This document shows, in pieces, positions 29,874 through 45,170 of a stretch of DNA of 64,000 nucleotides. The DNA lies in the NCBI RefSeq assembly GCF_009914755.1, contig NC_060930.1; one strand, written 5' to 3'. Numbering within the stretch: position 1 is the stretch's first letter; every line of letters begins with the position of its first letter. Origin of the DNA: the human T2T-CHM13v2.0 reference genome, Homo sapiens. Made by a program: the position numbers and the translations under genes. The notes under the pieces are model-generated. The model ran no database searches, was not told the DNA's origin, and saw nothing but the letters and a program-made list of their open reading frames with translations.

Positions 29874-30199
29874 AAGAAAAAGATAATTCAAATTGTCTTA
29901 TCAAATTTGTAAGGTTTTTAGTTATAACTTTTCATAGATGTGCAATATCAAGATCATTATTTATACCATTGAAAGCTGGAATATGTTGTAATGATCTGTA
30001 GAAACTGTTTCTGTTAGTTTCTAAATTTTCATATTTGCTCTTCAATCTTATCTGCCATTTTAAAAAGTTGCCTTCTTTCCTTGCATTTAAGTATCAAAAT
30101 CATTAAAATTACAAGATACATCAGAAAAATAAGCAAGTCCAAATGCCAAATTAAAATTATTTTAAAGTCGAAAACACAGTTAACTTAGCAGAATCACTA

Positions 30200-31440
<1,241 letters not shown>

Positions 31441-32409
31441 CTACCAAATTTAGTTACAAAACTAATTCTATATGAGCGATTATACTTCCACATAGACATA
31501 GTACGAATTTGTGTGGTCTTAATTTCTTTGAAACTACTTCCATCATCATCATTCTGTCTAGCACTTGTGCCACATTCAGAAAAGATGTATCTTTTTTGAC
31601 AAAAAAAAAAAAACCTAGGGGAACTTGTTTTGTATATATTTTAAGGTTAAAAAGAAATAGTACAAAGTTTACTTTCTTAATTTAACTAATAAGGTTGAAT
31701 TATAAATGTAAAATCAGCTTGCTTCCTTGCTACTTCAAGAACAAGACAATATTCTTGCCCATCTGCAAATGCCAGCAAGACTCCATGGCCTGACCTAGTT
31801 TAATAGATTGGGGAAAATAGAAGATGATCTGCATCTAAAGGAAATAATTGACTTCACCAGACGCAGGTGGTAGAGAGAACAGAGAGCACATGAAGGAGGC
31901 AGAAGAGTTGGCATGGAGAGGCTGCAGGTTCTCTGCCTGGTGAAACTAGCTACTACTAGCAACAGGGAATCATGCAATAGCTGATTCAGGACCTGCAGTA
32001 CATACAGTAGCCAGATGTCACCTGTGCTAAGAAGCAATGATTGCTTCTCTTGTCATTGTCATCCAGGAAGGTCAGCCAATAGCAAGTTGCCTGAGGATTG
32101 TCCAGCAATAATAAGCTTTATTTATGTCTGGCCACATCTGATAAATTGAAGCCCAGGATATACTCCTCAGGTCCTTGTAATGAGGATGTCCTTCCATATC
32201 TAAAGAGGTGACAGTGATACAAAAGGGGAAGATCCCAGCACTTACACACGATGGGGGCAGGGACAAGAAGAGGGAGTGGTGAAAAACAGACTCCATTAGA
32301 CCATACAGTGTCCCCCACTAACACACTCAATGAAGCAAGCAATTAGACTTTATTTTTTTGTCCTTATTTGTTTTCAACTCCACCTGTATCACTACACTCC
32401 ATCATTATC

Positions 32410-32620
32410 TAGACTATAAACTCCTTGAAGATGAGGTTGAATCATATTTATCTTTGTACCTGTAGCACATGACAGATTTCCTGACACATGGTACATGGTA
32501 CATCTTCAGTGAATACTTATTGAAGAAGTGGATAGGTAGACAGATAAAGGAAAGGATGGGTGGGTGAGTGGACGAATGGATGGATGAATTTAAAAATAAA
32601 TAATGAAACAATGAATAAAG
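32410..32620 (+). mobile_element. L2 3' end
   Basis: ctagactataaactccttgaag...tcctgacacatggta followed by a (tgga/tgaa)n tail. Confidence 0.75.
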
Positions 32621-32669
32621 AAATTGTTTTTCCCTAAGATTCAGAGAAAATTTGAGAAAGATTTTGGTT

Positions 32670-32840
32670 ACTACTTTGGGCTAGGCAGTCCACCAATCAC
32701 TGATAAGTTTCATCATCAGTGAAATGGAGATGATACTACCTACCACACTCGTATATCATGAAGATTAAATGCATTTGTACATGTGAAAGTACTTTAGGAA
32801 GCATAAGATGATATATAAGCATTAGAGATTTTTATTTTAT
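32670..32840 (+). mobile_element. MIR fragment
   Basis: agtttcatcatcagtgaaatggagatgatactacctacc...gaagattaaatg. Confidence 0.65.
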
Positions 32841-32864
32841 TTCCACCTGATTTTCATTTGAGAT

Positions 32865-33050
32865 TATTTTTCTCAACTTTAGGATGCATGATTCAGTTGG
32901 TAGAATATTAAAAGCGTAAATTCCCACCCTTATCCCCAGAGAATCTCATCCAGAAATGTGACAGATCCCAGGAATTCCCATACTTAAGAAGCTTCCTTGG
33001 GAATTGTGATGAGGTGGTCTACAGAGTGCACTTTGAGAAGCACAGATTTA
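32865..33050. mobile_element. MER5-like hAT MITE
   Basis: tttctcaacttt...cccaggaattc...cactttgagaagcac. Confidence 0.65.
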
Positions 33051-33194
33051 AGGGAAATGATATGACAACTGCTTCCCCACTACATTCTAGCAGAAGAGAT
33101 GTACAGCCACAGAATGACAACAGAGGGCAAAGAAGCCATGTCCACACATAGACCTAAGTCAGTTATTTGTAAAAAACAAACTCAATCTACATAA

Positions 33195-33548
33195 TGATAT
33201 GGTTTGGCTCTGTGGCCCAACCCAAATCTCATCTTGAATTGTACTCCCATAATTCCCACATGTTGTGGGAGGGACCCGGAGGGAGATAATCGAATCATGG
33301 GGGCAGTTTCTCCCCTAGTGTTCTTGTGGTAGTGAATAAGTCTCATGAGATCTGATAGTTGATAAGGGGAATCCTGTTTCACTTGGCTTTCATTCTTTCT
33401 CTTGCCACTGCCATGTAAGAAGTACCTTTCGTCTTCTGCCATGATTGTGAGCCCTCCCTAGCCAAGTGGAACTGTAAGTCCATTAAACCTCTTTTTCTTC
33501 CCAGTCTTGGGTATGTCTTTATTGGCAGTGTGAAAACAGACTAATACA
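33195..33548 (+). mobile_element. THE1B-like solo LTR
   Basis: tgatatggtttggctctgtg...tgtactcccataattcccacatgttgtgggagggacc...gactaataca; near-TSD cataa/catag. Confidence 0.93.
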
Positions 33549-34409
33549 CATAGCTTTGGGTTTATTCAATGTTATAATCATATAAATATCTGAATGAATT
33601 AGGTAAAGGTGTAAAGGATTTGAATTTTCCTAACATTTATGTTACATCTATTATAAAGCATCTGTAGGAATCACCTAAGCTAGGTGAGAAAATCACTTTG
33701 TATATAGAAATTGTTGTCACAAATGTGCTAAAAAATGCTAACATTCTCACAGCTTCAAATGCATGCTGCCCTAATTTGAGTTAGTCTAAAAGCATGCCAT
33801 TGTGGAAGTGATATATATAGTCTTAGAAAACACAATGCTCAATAGGCTAAGGTGTGCATAACGTTTGTCCAACTCTAACTCATCCAGTTGTGGGCCCCCA
33901 AACTCATGCTCCTCCCTTCCCTGTCAAGGAAATCTTCACAACACTTCTGGAAATCATTAAATACTTTCAATCCTCAACATAGTGTTGGACTCTTTCTACT
34001 CTTTCTGCTCTGGCAATCAGAAAAAGAGAACACGCCTCAGCAAAGTCACTTTTCAGTGGCCCTCCTGCTGCTGGTGCTGATGTCACACTGTGCCAGTATC
34101 CTAAGACACAGAAACCAGCCCACTGATAAGGGGAGAAACACTCCCTCCTCACCCTTCAAATGACTTTATGCCACACTCTGTCACAATTATCCCAAATGTT
34201 AAGCTGCAGGGCAAAATTTTCTCCAAATACAGAATGTGAAAGCCATCTTTCATTTCCACTTTCCCTGAGACTCAGACCAGAGAACGTGAGAGCCGGCCAG
34301 AGAACTGACCTCTGAAAACATTCCACTCCCTCTCAAACAGTCTGCCCCAGAGCAAAGATTGTCTTGCTTTGTCTTCCTCTACCATCCACACACTCTTGGG
34401 CACAGTTTC

Positions 34410-34590
34410 TATAAGTGAGGTTTCCAGAACCTTCTGCATCAGGTCTCCAGAGGTACTTGTAAAATAGGCAGATTCTAGGGTCCCGCTCTGAGCTGCTGGC
34501 TCAGAATCCCAGGCTGGGCCTTGGAATTTGGCTCATGAAAAAACAGCTTGAATAATTATTATGTGCTCTACATTTTACAATCTTTTAGAA
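34410..34590. mobile_element. MER5A-like fragment
   Basis: ctgcatcag...acttgtaaaataggcagattctagggtccc...tcagaatc...gggccttggaatttg. Confidence 0.55.
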
Positions 34591-37500
34591 TTGTATGATT
34601 AGCTTGTTCTACCCAAGGGTTTTATTTCACTTAGAAGCTTTGAGATTAAATGAGCAATTAATCTCTTAAAATTTGAGACTTAGATATATAATTGCAACAG
34701 TTTCCTTAAACTATCTAGTCTTAAATAGGGTTAACCAGAAAAGATCTTGAAATTTGAAAAGGCTTTATTTGCATTTGTAGGGAAACATAATTTTATAATG
34801 ATTATCTACTCTGATTATGTTTCTGTCACATTGCTTAGAGAAAGTGGTATAAGGGAAAATTTCCTAAGAGTCTCTGTTTAAAACATGACAATAAACATTA
34901 CACCAGATTGAATTGAAATTTCATTTCTCAGAGTAAAATCACATACCAGAGCTAGCAGAGCTAGCACGAAAAATTTAGTTAATAGAAGAAAGCAAGCTGA
35001 TGTTGAAGAAAATATGGTGTCTTCCAGTTAGTCGATAGCACAGATTCTGTGTGACAGTGAGGTAGAGAGTTATGCATAAATGAAAAGAAAAACTTGGAGA
35101 ACATGAGTGCTATTGTCCTAGGTCAGCAGACAGCATACAACAAAGCTTCCCCAGGGCCCTAGCAATGTAGAGTCTAAAGCTTGCATGGGCCAGGTTAGAC
35201 AGGATTTAGGAAAATGGAATAGGATGGATCCTCTTTATAAAGGAGCAGCAGTTCATATTGATAAGTTTTAAAAATGCTAGGTGAACCTTGTCCCAGTATG
35301 GGCTGGCACCAATGGTTGCTGGATCTGATGTGAGACAGGGTTGTGCAGTAGAGCTTTTGGAGTCAGTTATCAGCTTCAGGCAGGTGGCCAACGTATGAGT
35401 CAGGAAAGTTCCAGACCCATTTCCTTAAAGAGGAAATAAAATTGATAGCAGGAATTGGATGAAAGGGAGTCAGTATACATCCTTACATCCAAATGGAATA
35501 AGAAGCCTGAGCAGATAGTCTATTATATGAGGGGAAGATTAAACAGGTATATCCCACCTATTTTCAGAAGAGAGCAAGGGGTAGTGACATACAACAACTG
35601 ACTTCTTCAAAACTCACTTTGCTAATGAAGATGGAGCTCCTAATATAAAATCAGGCACTGTTGTTTTCCTCTGGTGCAGAGATTGGGCATGGCTGTACCT
35701 GTAAGGTATAAATGTTTTATTTTTCTTGCTTCTGGATTGTCCAGAGGCAGATAGGTGGTAAATAAGTGTTTTCTGGAGGAATGATGAAAGAGTTCTGAAC
35801 CAAAAGCAAACTTTTATCCCCAATCTAAAGAGAAGGTCGGGAGAAAGGAAAGGGGCTCGGAAAATTAGGTGGTGTTTCTACATATGACTGAAGCAAAAAA
35901 GAATGCATGGCCCATGAATATGTTTGGCCATCAATAGAAAAGTTCCCAAAAGTAACACATTATTTGAAATTGAAAATAATTTACTACTGAGAATAAAATT
36001 TCCAACACTCTAACAATTTCACAGAAAGTAAGAAATAAAAAAGAACAAAAAAACACAGAAATATTTCCTTGTATGTTGCAATGATGAGAATTGGGAGCAA
36101 AAATTTTATCAATGTTTATATAACACTGCCCAAAAGAGAGATATTGAGTAGCTAATTTACATGATATTCTTATCATCAGAACAGTGTTAATATACGTGAA
36201 AATATTCTGTAATTTTAAAGGCACTATATCAACAGTGTTTTTAATTGTCCTTCATATTGTGGTGATTTGTGACCTGAATTAGAACAGGGTCCTTCATGGA
36301 TTCCTCAAAATAGGTACTCACCTCAAACACAACCTCAGGATATTAAAGTCCTTTCCCTAGGCACCTTGTTACTTCAGAAGCAGCTAACATTTCTTACGTA
36401 CTCTTTAAATGTCAAGGATTCTACTAAGGTGTTTTATATATATTATTTCATGCAATATTCTAGACAATGTGCATTATTACGTATTTCTTCATATTCTGCT
36501 CAGTAATGTTATATCACATATTACAAATTAATAGTCATAATGGTTTATAAGATCAATCTTTTGAATTTGAAAAGTGAATCAGTTCCTTGGGACCTAAACA
36601 CTCCCTTAAAAGCTGATGATTCTACCCTATAGGGAGGTGAAGTCTTAAATACAACAATCACTCAAAACCACTCAAACTGCCCCACTGACTGTATTAATAC
36701 TTTTACCCTATTTACAGTTTACAAAATGTGCCTTCCAAAAAAAATCCAATTTGTTTTCAAAAACATAAAGCCTATACATGAAAAATTTAAAATTTTTTAT
36801 CACTTTGTAAAATGGGTAACAGTATATTTCTTTTTTAGACAATTCTCTATGGATTCTATGATTCCCTTAATTTTCCTTTAGGTGAGTAATCAGTGTTGAG
36901 TAGCTCCCCACACCCAACAAAAAAAGTCTTCAACCTGCCTCTACTAGACACTGTCTTGGGAAGAAACAAGCAGAAATAATGCACAGTAGGAGGACATGCT
37001 AGGATAATAGAAAGAGAAATACTATCTATACATCTCCAGCAGAGAAAGACAGCACATATTAATAAAGTAACGATAAAACACTTTCAACTTCAGCAAATGG
37101 GGAATTGCATGGAAAAATGTGATTTAACAAAAAATTTTAATACTAGCTCTGTATTATTAAGACGGCAGATAAGAGCACTTAATAAAACACGTGTCAAGCA
37201 AAATCCAGGCCAGGATCATTTGAGATAAAATAGTCTTATTATCATACAATCTATAAAAGATTGATGAAACCTTTAATGCAAAGTATTAATGGAGCTGGCT
37301 GCATTCTGACCTTACCTAATCTTTTTTAGGACTTTGGCAGTTTCAAGTAGGAAGAATAGCTTTATTCAAGAAGGTTTCTTTTCCTTCCAAAATTTGTTCA
37401 CATTTAAGGAAATGCAGATATATGGGCTTTTCCCTTAACACATAGTGCAGTTATCATTCATATATAATCGTCCATAAAACTCCTTGAAAAGTCTATTAAT

Positions 37501-38669
37501 CTCTTTGGTATCCATGAACTTAATAACATAATTGTTCTTAACTATAGCTATAGTGGAAGAACTGCTTGCCTGTTTTCTTGCTAATAACCCACCAGTTTTA
37601 TGGCTGCATTGAAATAAAGCCAGTTCTAGCAATAAAGGTGAGGGTGACCCAGATGAATTAGATAATTGCCTTCATAGCCTATTGATCTTCTATTTGAGGT
37701 CTTTTAGGTCTGAATATTTTCTCTTTACTAATAGAGCTTCACATTTTTCTCAGTCACTAAGAGATTTAGCTGGATTCCAAAGAATATTAAGGAAATAACT
37801 AGAAGGCAGGATTGTATTAAAATATACCTGGGTTCAAAAGTTCCTTCAATTCCCAACATCAAGATCACATTTTCTATTCAAACATGGGGCATATAGCTTA
37901 GCAACAGGTAACTTATTCATTCACCCACATGTGTCAATGTGCTGTTCACTATGTTAAATCTACAGATTTAAACAAACAAATCTGTTCTGAAGAAGCTCAA
38001 GAGTTTGGTGAGAAGACACATAGGTAGATATATAAATATCAGCAAAACAATAGAGGTATGGAAGGATATTATGAGAGAAGAGATGAGAAAAATGTAGCCT
38101 GACCTAGGAAAGAGGAGAAAAATATACATGCACAGAATACAATGTGACCCAAAGTCCCTTCCCAAGTTAAGATTCCTTGCTGCAAAAAAGTGAGAAGCTA
38201 TTAAAGATCCTTGGCTTTGTACAGGAGAAAGAATGCCTCAGTCACTGAAACTAGAATAATAATAATCAAGATATTTGTAATTGAAACAAATTTACAGGTA
38301 GGCTGAGCATTTTAAAGGAATTAAAGAGCTGGCACATAGGAGCAATAGCAAAGAAAATAGGGATTTAATATTTCACGACACAACTGCAGAAGACTAATTG
38401 TGATTGGAACCACAAAGATCATTCTAGGAAATTTAGTACATGAGGTTCTTACAACCAATCTGACCTTCTGTCAGTCGGCTCGCTTTTTTTGAGATCCACA
38501 ATTTGCATTTTATTCTAGCCTTCATGTCCTTCTTACTAGAATTCCTTCCCCTTCTCTTTCCAACAATTTAGTTCCTGACTAAATTGATGGTCCAACTCTA
38601 GACTTATCTTCCCCACAAAACTTACAGTTCCAACCAACACTGCTTTTTCTCCAGGTCTGTCCACACAAC

Positions 38670-38850
38670 CCAGCCATTTGAATCACAAGGATTTAGAACT
38701 GGACTAGGAGGCCTCCTCATTTTACACATAAGAATGAGAAAGCCTACAAAGTTTCAATGACTTGTCCAAGATCACATAGCCAATAAGGATCAAAGTCAGA
38801 AATAAAATATTTTTATTCTAAGGTCTTTTGGTTTCTGGTTCAGTAGGGCC
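38670..38850 (-). mobile_element. MIR fragment
   Basis: ctcattttacacataagaa...tgacttgtccaagatcacatagc. Confidence 0.6.
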
Positions 38851-40354
38851 TCTATTTCATGATGTTAATTCTTGATTTAATGTTTGTATGGTTTAGATAT
38901 AATCCTTATTGAAATAATTTTTACTGAATTTGTGTGGTAACCACAGCTTGCCATCAACCTACTCAACTTTACCCTTCTCCTCCCCTTCATCTTTTCAGAA
39001 AACCTGTGTGCTGATGGTAATTGCTCCAGCCCTCTTTGTGACAAACCCATGAAAACCTCCTTTAAGGAAAAGTTGAATGTGATCATTCCTTGCATTGAAC
39101 TGACTGAAAAATAAAAAATGCATCTCTCCTAATACAGTTTCCTGGATAAGCATACAGAGTAAGGAATTGAGAGGTTCAGAGAATCTTCTTAAAAACTCAA
39201 AAATCATACCACATATGTAGCTGTACAATCTACTAATATCTGCTTTTAATTTGGGAGTTCTCCCTTTTCCAAAAAAAAGACGCAAATTTTCGGCTTAACA
39301 AAAACTTTATCTTCTACCTTTATGATCAACAGTGCCAGGCACAAGTAAATGCCTAATAAATTCTTACCAGTTTTATTCAACCTAACTTTTAATAGAATAA
39401 CATGCAGCTAGAATCTACAAATGTATGCTCCTGTTTACATTATCTTCATCCATGAAGGTAGTTTGCTTATTTGAGGATATGAATGCTTAGTTTTCTACAG
39501 TTAGGAAAAAAAAATTTGTTTTGAGATGTTCAGATCTAATAACAGGATTTAGAGTCGAAGCTGCTATCTCTATGATGGGAACAACAGAGTTCCCTGTCAT
39601 GTTCTAGTGTTGCAGTACTGCACAATTTCTTTAGTCTTTGAATCTCATGTTGCTACCAAATTAGTTCTATAGTGGAGGCTTAAGCTTGGGCCATGCTGAG
39701 TCCACCATTTCTGAGTATCAGTCTACATAAGGAAGAAAAAGAATGCGAGAGAGCAGCAAGGACTATCTGTGCCTTCTCCCAGACTTAGCAACTTATGTTA
39801 GAGCTCTGTGGAGACAGAACTGCTTGCAGATGTTCTTCTTAAAAGGGGGTTCAGAGACACAGAGCATAAGCAGCATCACTTCAGAGTTCCTGGGGTGAAA
39901 CAGATTGGGGAAAATGAGAATGCATTTCAGAAACAGAAAGAGATGGTGTGCTTGGCACAAACCACATCACTGTCCTGATGGAGACCCATTACCCAGCAGT
40001 GAGGTCAATGATGAGCACCTCCAGCAGCTTCATTGCTGGAAGATGCTGACGAGCAGAACTGGGACCTGAAGGGAAAAATCAGCCAGATGTGGGTGGTAAC
40101 TGTACACTTGTCCATGTTGAGAAATACTCTGAGGAATTTCCAAAAGATGAGGAAAATTTTGAGGGACACTGGAAGGTTTGGCTTATGCAGATGAGAGCTC
40201 AAGTCAAGAAAATATAATTTCCTACTGTTCATGTGATAAAATTGTACCAACCTCCCACCCCCACCCAGTGACATCTGTGTGGTCCCATAAGATGCTGAAC
40301 ACATAAGAGAAATTTAAACAAATGAAGCATTTGTTGATAGTACTTATTTATCTA

Positions 40355-40670
40355 TCATTCAACAAATATTTATTGAGAAACTAATGTGTGTCAAACACTG
40401 TTCTAGGCACTTGGGATAAGTCAGTGATCAAAAAGCAAAGATTCTGCCCTCATGGAACTTACATACTATCATAAGAGATGAAAGATTGCAGTTTATTTCT
40501 TCTTAAATTGCAAAAATTATCACTTTCATGAAGAAACTAATGCCCAACTACATTATAGGCTCCATGAGGGGAAGAACTACATCTGTTTTGTTCAGTGTTG
40601 TGTCCCCAGAAAACTGCATAGTATCTGGAACATGATGGGGACTCAACATATGTTTGTTGGGTAAATGAAA
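40355..40670. mobile_element. L2 3' fragments (one minus, one plus)
   Basis: tcattcaacaaatatttattgag...ctgccctcatggaacttaca; ctccatgaggg...gactcaacatatgtttgttgg. Confidence 0.7.
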
Positions 40671-41239
40671 CATCTAAATTGTCTTACCTAACAGTAGAAG
40701 GTGTTACTATACTCTGTAACATGTGCGCTTTTGCATCCTTCCACACGTTACAAAATAACTTCTACTTTTATTGCCATAGAGGAACTCACATAGGATAATA
40801 AAATAACCAACCCCTCTTTATTTTTTTACCTGATAATTCCCATACATACGTTTTTAGGAAAAAAATATATTTAATATTGAATTCCTTCTGAGTTCCTAAT
40901 AGCGTATAAACATATATATAATGTCATATACAAATATCACATACCACAGGGTGGGTGGACTGTAGTTATATTAGTTTCATAAAAAATGTTATATGACACA
41001 TCATGCCAACAAGTCAGTCATGTCCTGCACAAATCAGTTAGGTTAAATACAGGTTAAGAGACCTCAGACCTCAGCCATCAGTGGAGGAAAAAGTTTCAAT
41101 CATTAAAAAAAAAAAAGGCTCTATTATTATCAGCATCTAATTAGCAACTAAAATTGTAATGTATTTAATTTTCTTCTAAGTTTTCTATCTGAAAATAAAA
41201 GATAAAAAGAATGAGAGTCATATCAAAAGATCTAGGTTT

Positions 41240-41377
41240 CAGCTACTCAGGAGGTTGGGGCAGGAGAATAGCTAGAACCCAGGAGGCAAAGGCTGCTGTG
41301 AGCCAAGATCGCGCCACTGCACTCCAGCCTGGCCACAGAGCGAAACTCCATCTCAAAAAAAAAAAAAAAAAAAAAAA
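41240..41377 (+). mobile_element. 5'-truncated Alu (right arm only) with poly-A
   Basis: cagctactcaggagg...ccagcctggccacagagcgaaactccatctc followed by A23; flanks aaaagatctaggtt / aaaagctaggtt look like a TSD. Confidence 0.9.
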
Positions 41378-42471
41378 GCTAGGTTGTGTATTCAGTCCTC
41401 AGGTAATTCACGCTGACTGGATGCTGAAGAAATTAACATTGTTTGAGAACACACCACAGAGTATCCACCAGTGGCACCAAAGGCTGTCAAGACCTTCCAA
41501 GAAAAAAAAGAATTTAACCACTTCTTTTGATGAGAATAATCCTAAAGATACTATAATAGAAACTGCGCAAAATATACTACTGATATCAAGGAATCTATTT
41601 AATTTAGATCTTCTTTAAAGAGTAATATTTCTCATACACCCTGAGATTATAGGGTACCCTTAAAATTACTTTGCATAGATGAAACTTCACTAACAAGGAC
41701 ATGAAAAACTATAACATGTCAAGGACTATGGATGTAATCAAATTAATTGAGATTATTCACAACAGTGATAAATTAGACATAGAAGCTTACTAACCTTCAT
41801 TTTATTATTTACCCTACATTTTTATGTGCAAAATCAAAAGTTGTTTTTATCACAATATCTCAGAGAAAGATTATTAATATTAATACAGTTTTATAGAATT
41901 CAATTGACAAAAAATACATATTGAGCTTCCCACTCTCTCCAAAGGACAGGGTACAGGAACTTCTGTAAATAAACAGTCTTTACAACCCAGGAGCTTGCAG
42001 CCTGGAAGTGGGAAACGACTTGTAGAAAAGAAAACTCTAAATGTTAACAATGTCATAAAAAAAGGTGCAGAATACCATGGAAGTTTTTGTTTGTCTGTTT
42101 GTGTTTTTAAGGAAGGAATAATTGCACGCAATTATTAGGATTAGGGAAAGTTTGGGTTAAATGGTATTTGAGGAGTCTTAAAGTCTGGGTAAGATTTCTG
42201 TATTCATAGCTGAGAAACATTGCAAGCAGATGGATCATATCAACCAATTTGGTTTGGAAGTGAGGGTCAAGTGAGATAATATACATGAACATGTTCTGAT
42301 TCTACATGCATTGGTTTTGCGAAGTTCTAATTTTAAGTGCATTGCTTTCATAGAGCACTTGGAAACTTCAGTTTCCAAGAACTACTTAGCTCATGTCTAA
42401 TTTTAATCTTAAAATATTCAGGAATTGTATGTAGTCAGGAATTCACATTTCCATTTTCTAGCTGGACACAA

Positions 42472-42854
42472 TATCTTAGTCAGTTTTCCATTGCTCATAA
42501 CAGAATCTCTGAAACTGGGTAATTTATTTAAAAAAAAGGAATTCATTTCTTGTATTTATGGAGGTTGAGAAGTCCCAGGTCAAGGGGACACAACTGGTGA
42601 GAAACTTCTTGCTGGTAGGGGTGCAGTGCATCATGTGGCAAAGAGGCTGAGCATGCCAAGGTGCTAGCTCAGGTCTCTCTTCCTCCTATAAAGCCACCAG
42701 CTCCCCTCCCCCGATAACCCATTAATCCATGAATGGATAAATCAATCATGTCATGATCCAATCTCCTCTTAAAGGCCCTATGTCTCAATACTGCCACAGT
42801 GGGAATTAAATTTCAGCATTAGTTTTGTGGGGGACAAATACTCAACTGGTAGCT
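42472..42854 (-). mobile_element. MST (MSTC-like) solo LTR
   Basis: tatcttagtcagttttccattgctcataacagaa...ctgggtaatttat...gggacaaatactcaa. Confidence 0.85.
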
Positions 42855-43789
42855 CCCAGCCTAACTGAAACTCAAAGAGGACAGAAAATTTGCCAAAGGC
42901 CATCACACTAATGAGTGCACAAAGCAGATTAGAACTCCTTATCGCTTCTTCTCTACCTAGCTAAGTATGTGTGTACCACAATCCTGTCTCTTCCTAAAAT
43001 TTTAGTTGTTACCCAGAGAAATGTAGGCAGATGAGATCAAGTTATGTCTTATCTTTGCCATGAAAACATTAAGGAAATGTTTTCTCATTTCCATAGTATT
43101 GATTTTGTCTTCATTTATTACGTGAAGGATTGGGTTTTATTTTACAGAGAATTAAAGTTTCAAAGGATGAATTAAATTATCGTGAGAAAGAGCATCTTAT
43201 CACCCATAAAAATGTAATTAAAAACATTTTCTCAGGATTGCTTTGTGGGTTAAATGAGGTAATGGGTATGAAAGACCTGGTGCACAATCGATGCTTAATT
43301 AGTGTATTTCTTCTTTAGCTTAATATGTATCAATAGTGTTAGAAGTCAAGTTTCTGTTACATACTAATTACACAATTTATTTCATGTTATCCTTATTTAA
43401 TTGATAACACTTTAGATGAACCTAGACAAAATTAATCAATACCATTCTCAACTATAGTGAAACTAAGTAATTTTGAATATAACATGAAATATTTCCCTTA
43501 CTCTAATGAATTTCTAAAAAGACCTTATTCAAAACATCATCCAGTAAACATCTGAGTGAAGACATTTTTATGATAAAATAATCCCACCTATAGTGTTTAA
43601 TTTCTGAGTTAACACTGACAAAACAGTTCAGGTAATCATTTATGAAACAAAGAATGGGAATTTGGAGGCTATGTCCGGCCTGGTCATAGGTCAACAAGAG
43701 AAGCATCCATAAGTCATATCTGCATCACATGGGGAAGGATGGTTATTTGCAGTAAGCTATTTCTCAGACCATAAAGGGGTGGAAATATT

Positions 43790-44367
43790 TGTTTGCCATC
43801 GTTTTCCAGAAAAACAGGTCTCAGTAAAGTTCAACATTCTCCACGTTCATGGACTCCAGTGGGTCAGGAATTCGGGCTAGACACAGTGGGGAATGGCTTG
43901 TCTGTGCTCCATGATCCCTGAGGCCTAGGTAGAAAGATTCAAAGCCTAGAAACAGCTTGGTGGCTGGGACCTGCAATCATCTTAAGATGTCTGGTGCTTG
44001 GGTTGGGTGACTTGAAGACTAAGACTGCCTAGTGGAGCACCTCTCTATGGCCCTTCTGTGTGGCTAGACTTCTTCACATGATGGCAACCTCAAAATAGTC
44101 AGACTCCTTACATGGTGGCTAGGGACTCCAAGCACAAGTGTTCCAATGAGTAAGACAGGAGCTGCAATGCCTTTTATGACCTAACATCAGAAGTCACAGG
44201 GTATTACTTTTCCAGTATCTATTGATCAAAGCAAATACAAGCCCACCCAGATTCAATGGGAAACAAATTCGCCACCTTTTGATGAGGGAGGGGTGGGGGC
44301 ACATTGTGTAATAGCATGAGAAAGGGAGATTTTATTGTTACCTTTCTAGAAACTATGATCTGCCACA
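43790..44367 (-). mobile_element. MLT1 (G/H-like) LTR
   Basis: gtgggtcaggaattcggg...tggcttgtctgtgctccatg...tcagaagtcaca...tctgccaca. Confidence 0.7.
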
Positions 44368-44749
44368 TTCTTCAAATCTCTATTATATATGCGTCATGGG
44401 GATATTTATGGTTAAAATATGTAAGTAGCATGTTAAGTGAATTTGGAGAAATAAGGACCATTGCAAAATGCAATGTCTTTTACCTTAGACTCAACAAAGT
44501 TTATAAAGACAATTTGAATACCCCAGGTAAATATTAAGTTGCATTCCATTATTTTTATTATTTTACCATTTCTATTGTTATTTTATAAAGTATTTTACAG
44601 ATACATATATTTTTATAAAATTATGTAAATATATCATTTTCATCTAAGGATAAAACTTTACTGAGTTGGTGTATCATAGCCAAAATAACTTAGACTTTGT
44701 ATTAAGGAAACTATAAATAAAAATTCCAGCCCAGTCACAATAGTTATGC

Positions 44750-45170
44750 TCCTCAGATGTATTCCCTATAAAAATTGAAAAATTGGGAATAAAGTAAGAT
44801 GCCCACTACCATCACAATAATTTAGCATTATACTGGCCAGAAGACCTATTACACAACAACGACAAAGTAGTAAGCCCTCCTGAAACACATAAACTAATAT
44901 TTAATCAATGAAAAACTCATGTCATATCATGTTCCCAGGTAGGAAAACATAATAAAGATATAAATCACCCCAAGTTAATTCATAAATTTAATACAATAAC
45001 AAAAATACAAGATTTCGGAGGGGAAAACCTAAACAAATTTATTCTAAAGTTTATGTGAAATTTAAAAATAATAGCCAAGAAAAACAATCTGGAAAATAAA
45101 ATCAAATGGGAAAGAGGAGACTTTATCCTAAAAAATATTAAAACATATTATAAAGTGACCCAAATTAATA
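44750..45170 (+). mobile_element. Old L1 ORF2 remnants
   Basis: attccctataaaa...aagatgcccactaccatcac...ccccaagttaattcataaatttaat. Confidence 0.5.

Noticed and set aside
41211-41618. Longest ORF (135 aa)
   Set aside because: It reads through a truncated Alu and its poly-A (poly-K), so it is an artefact
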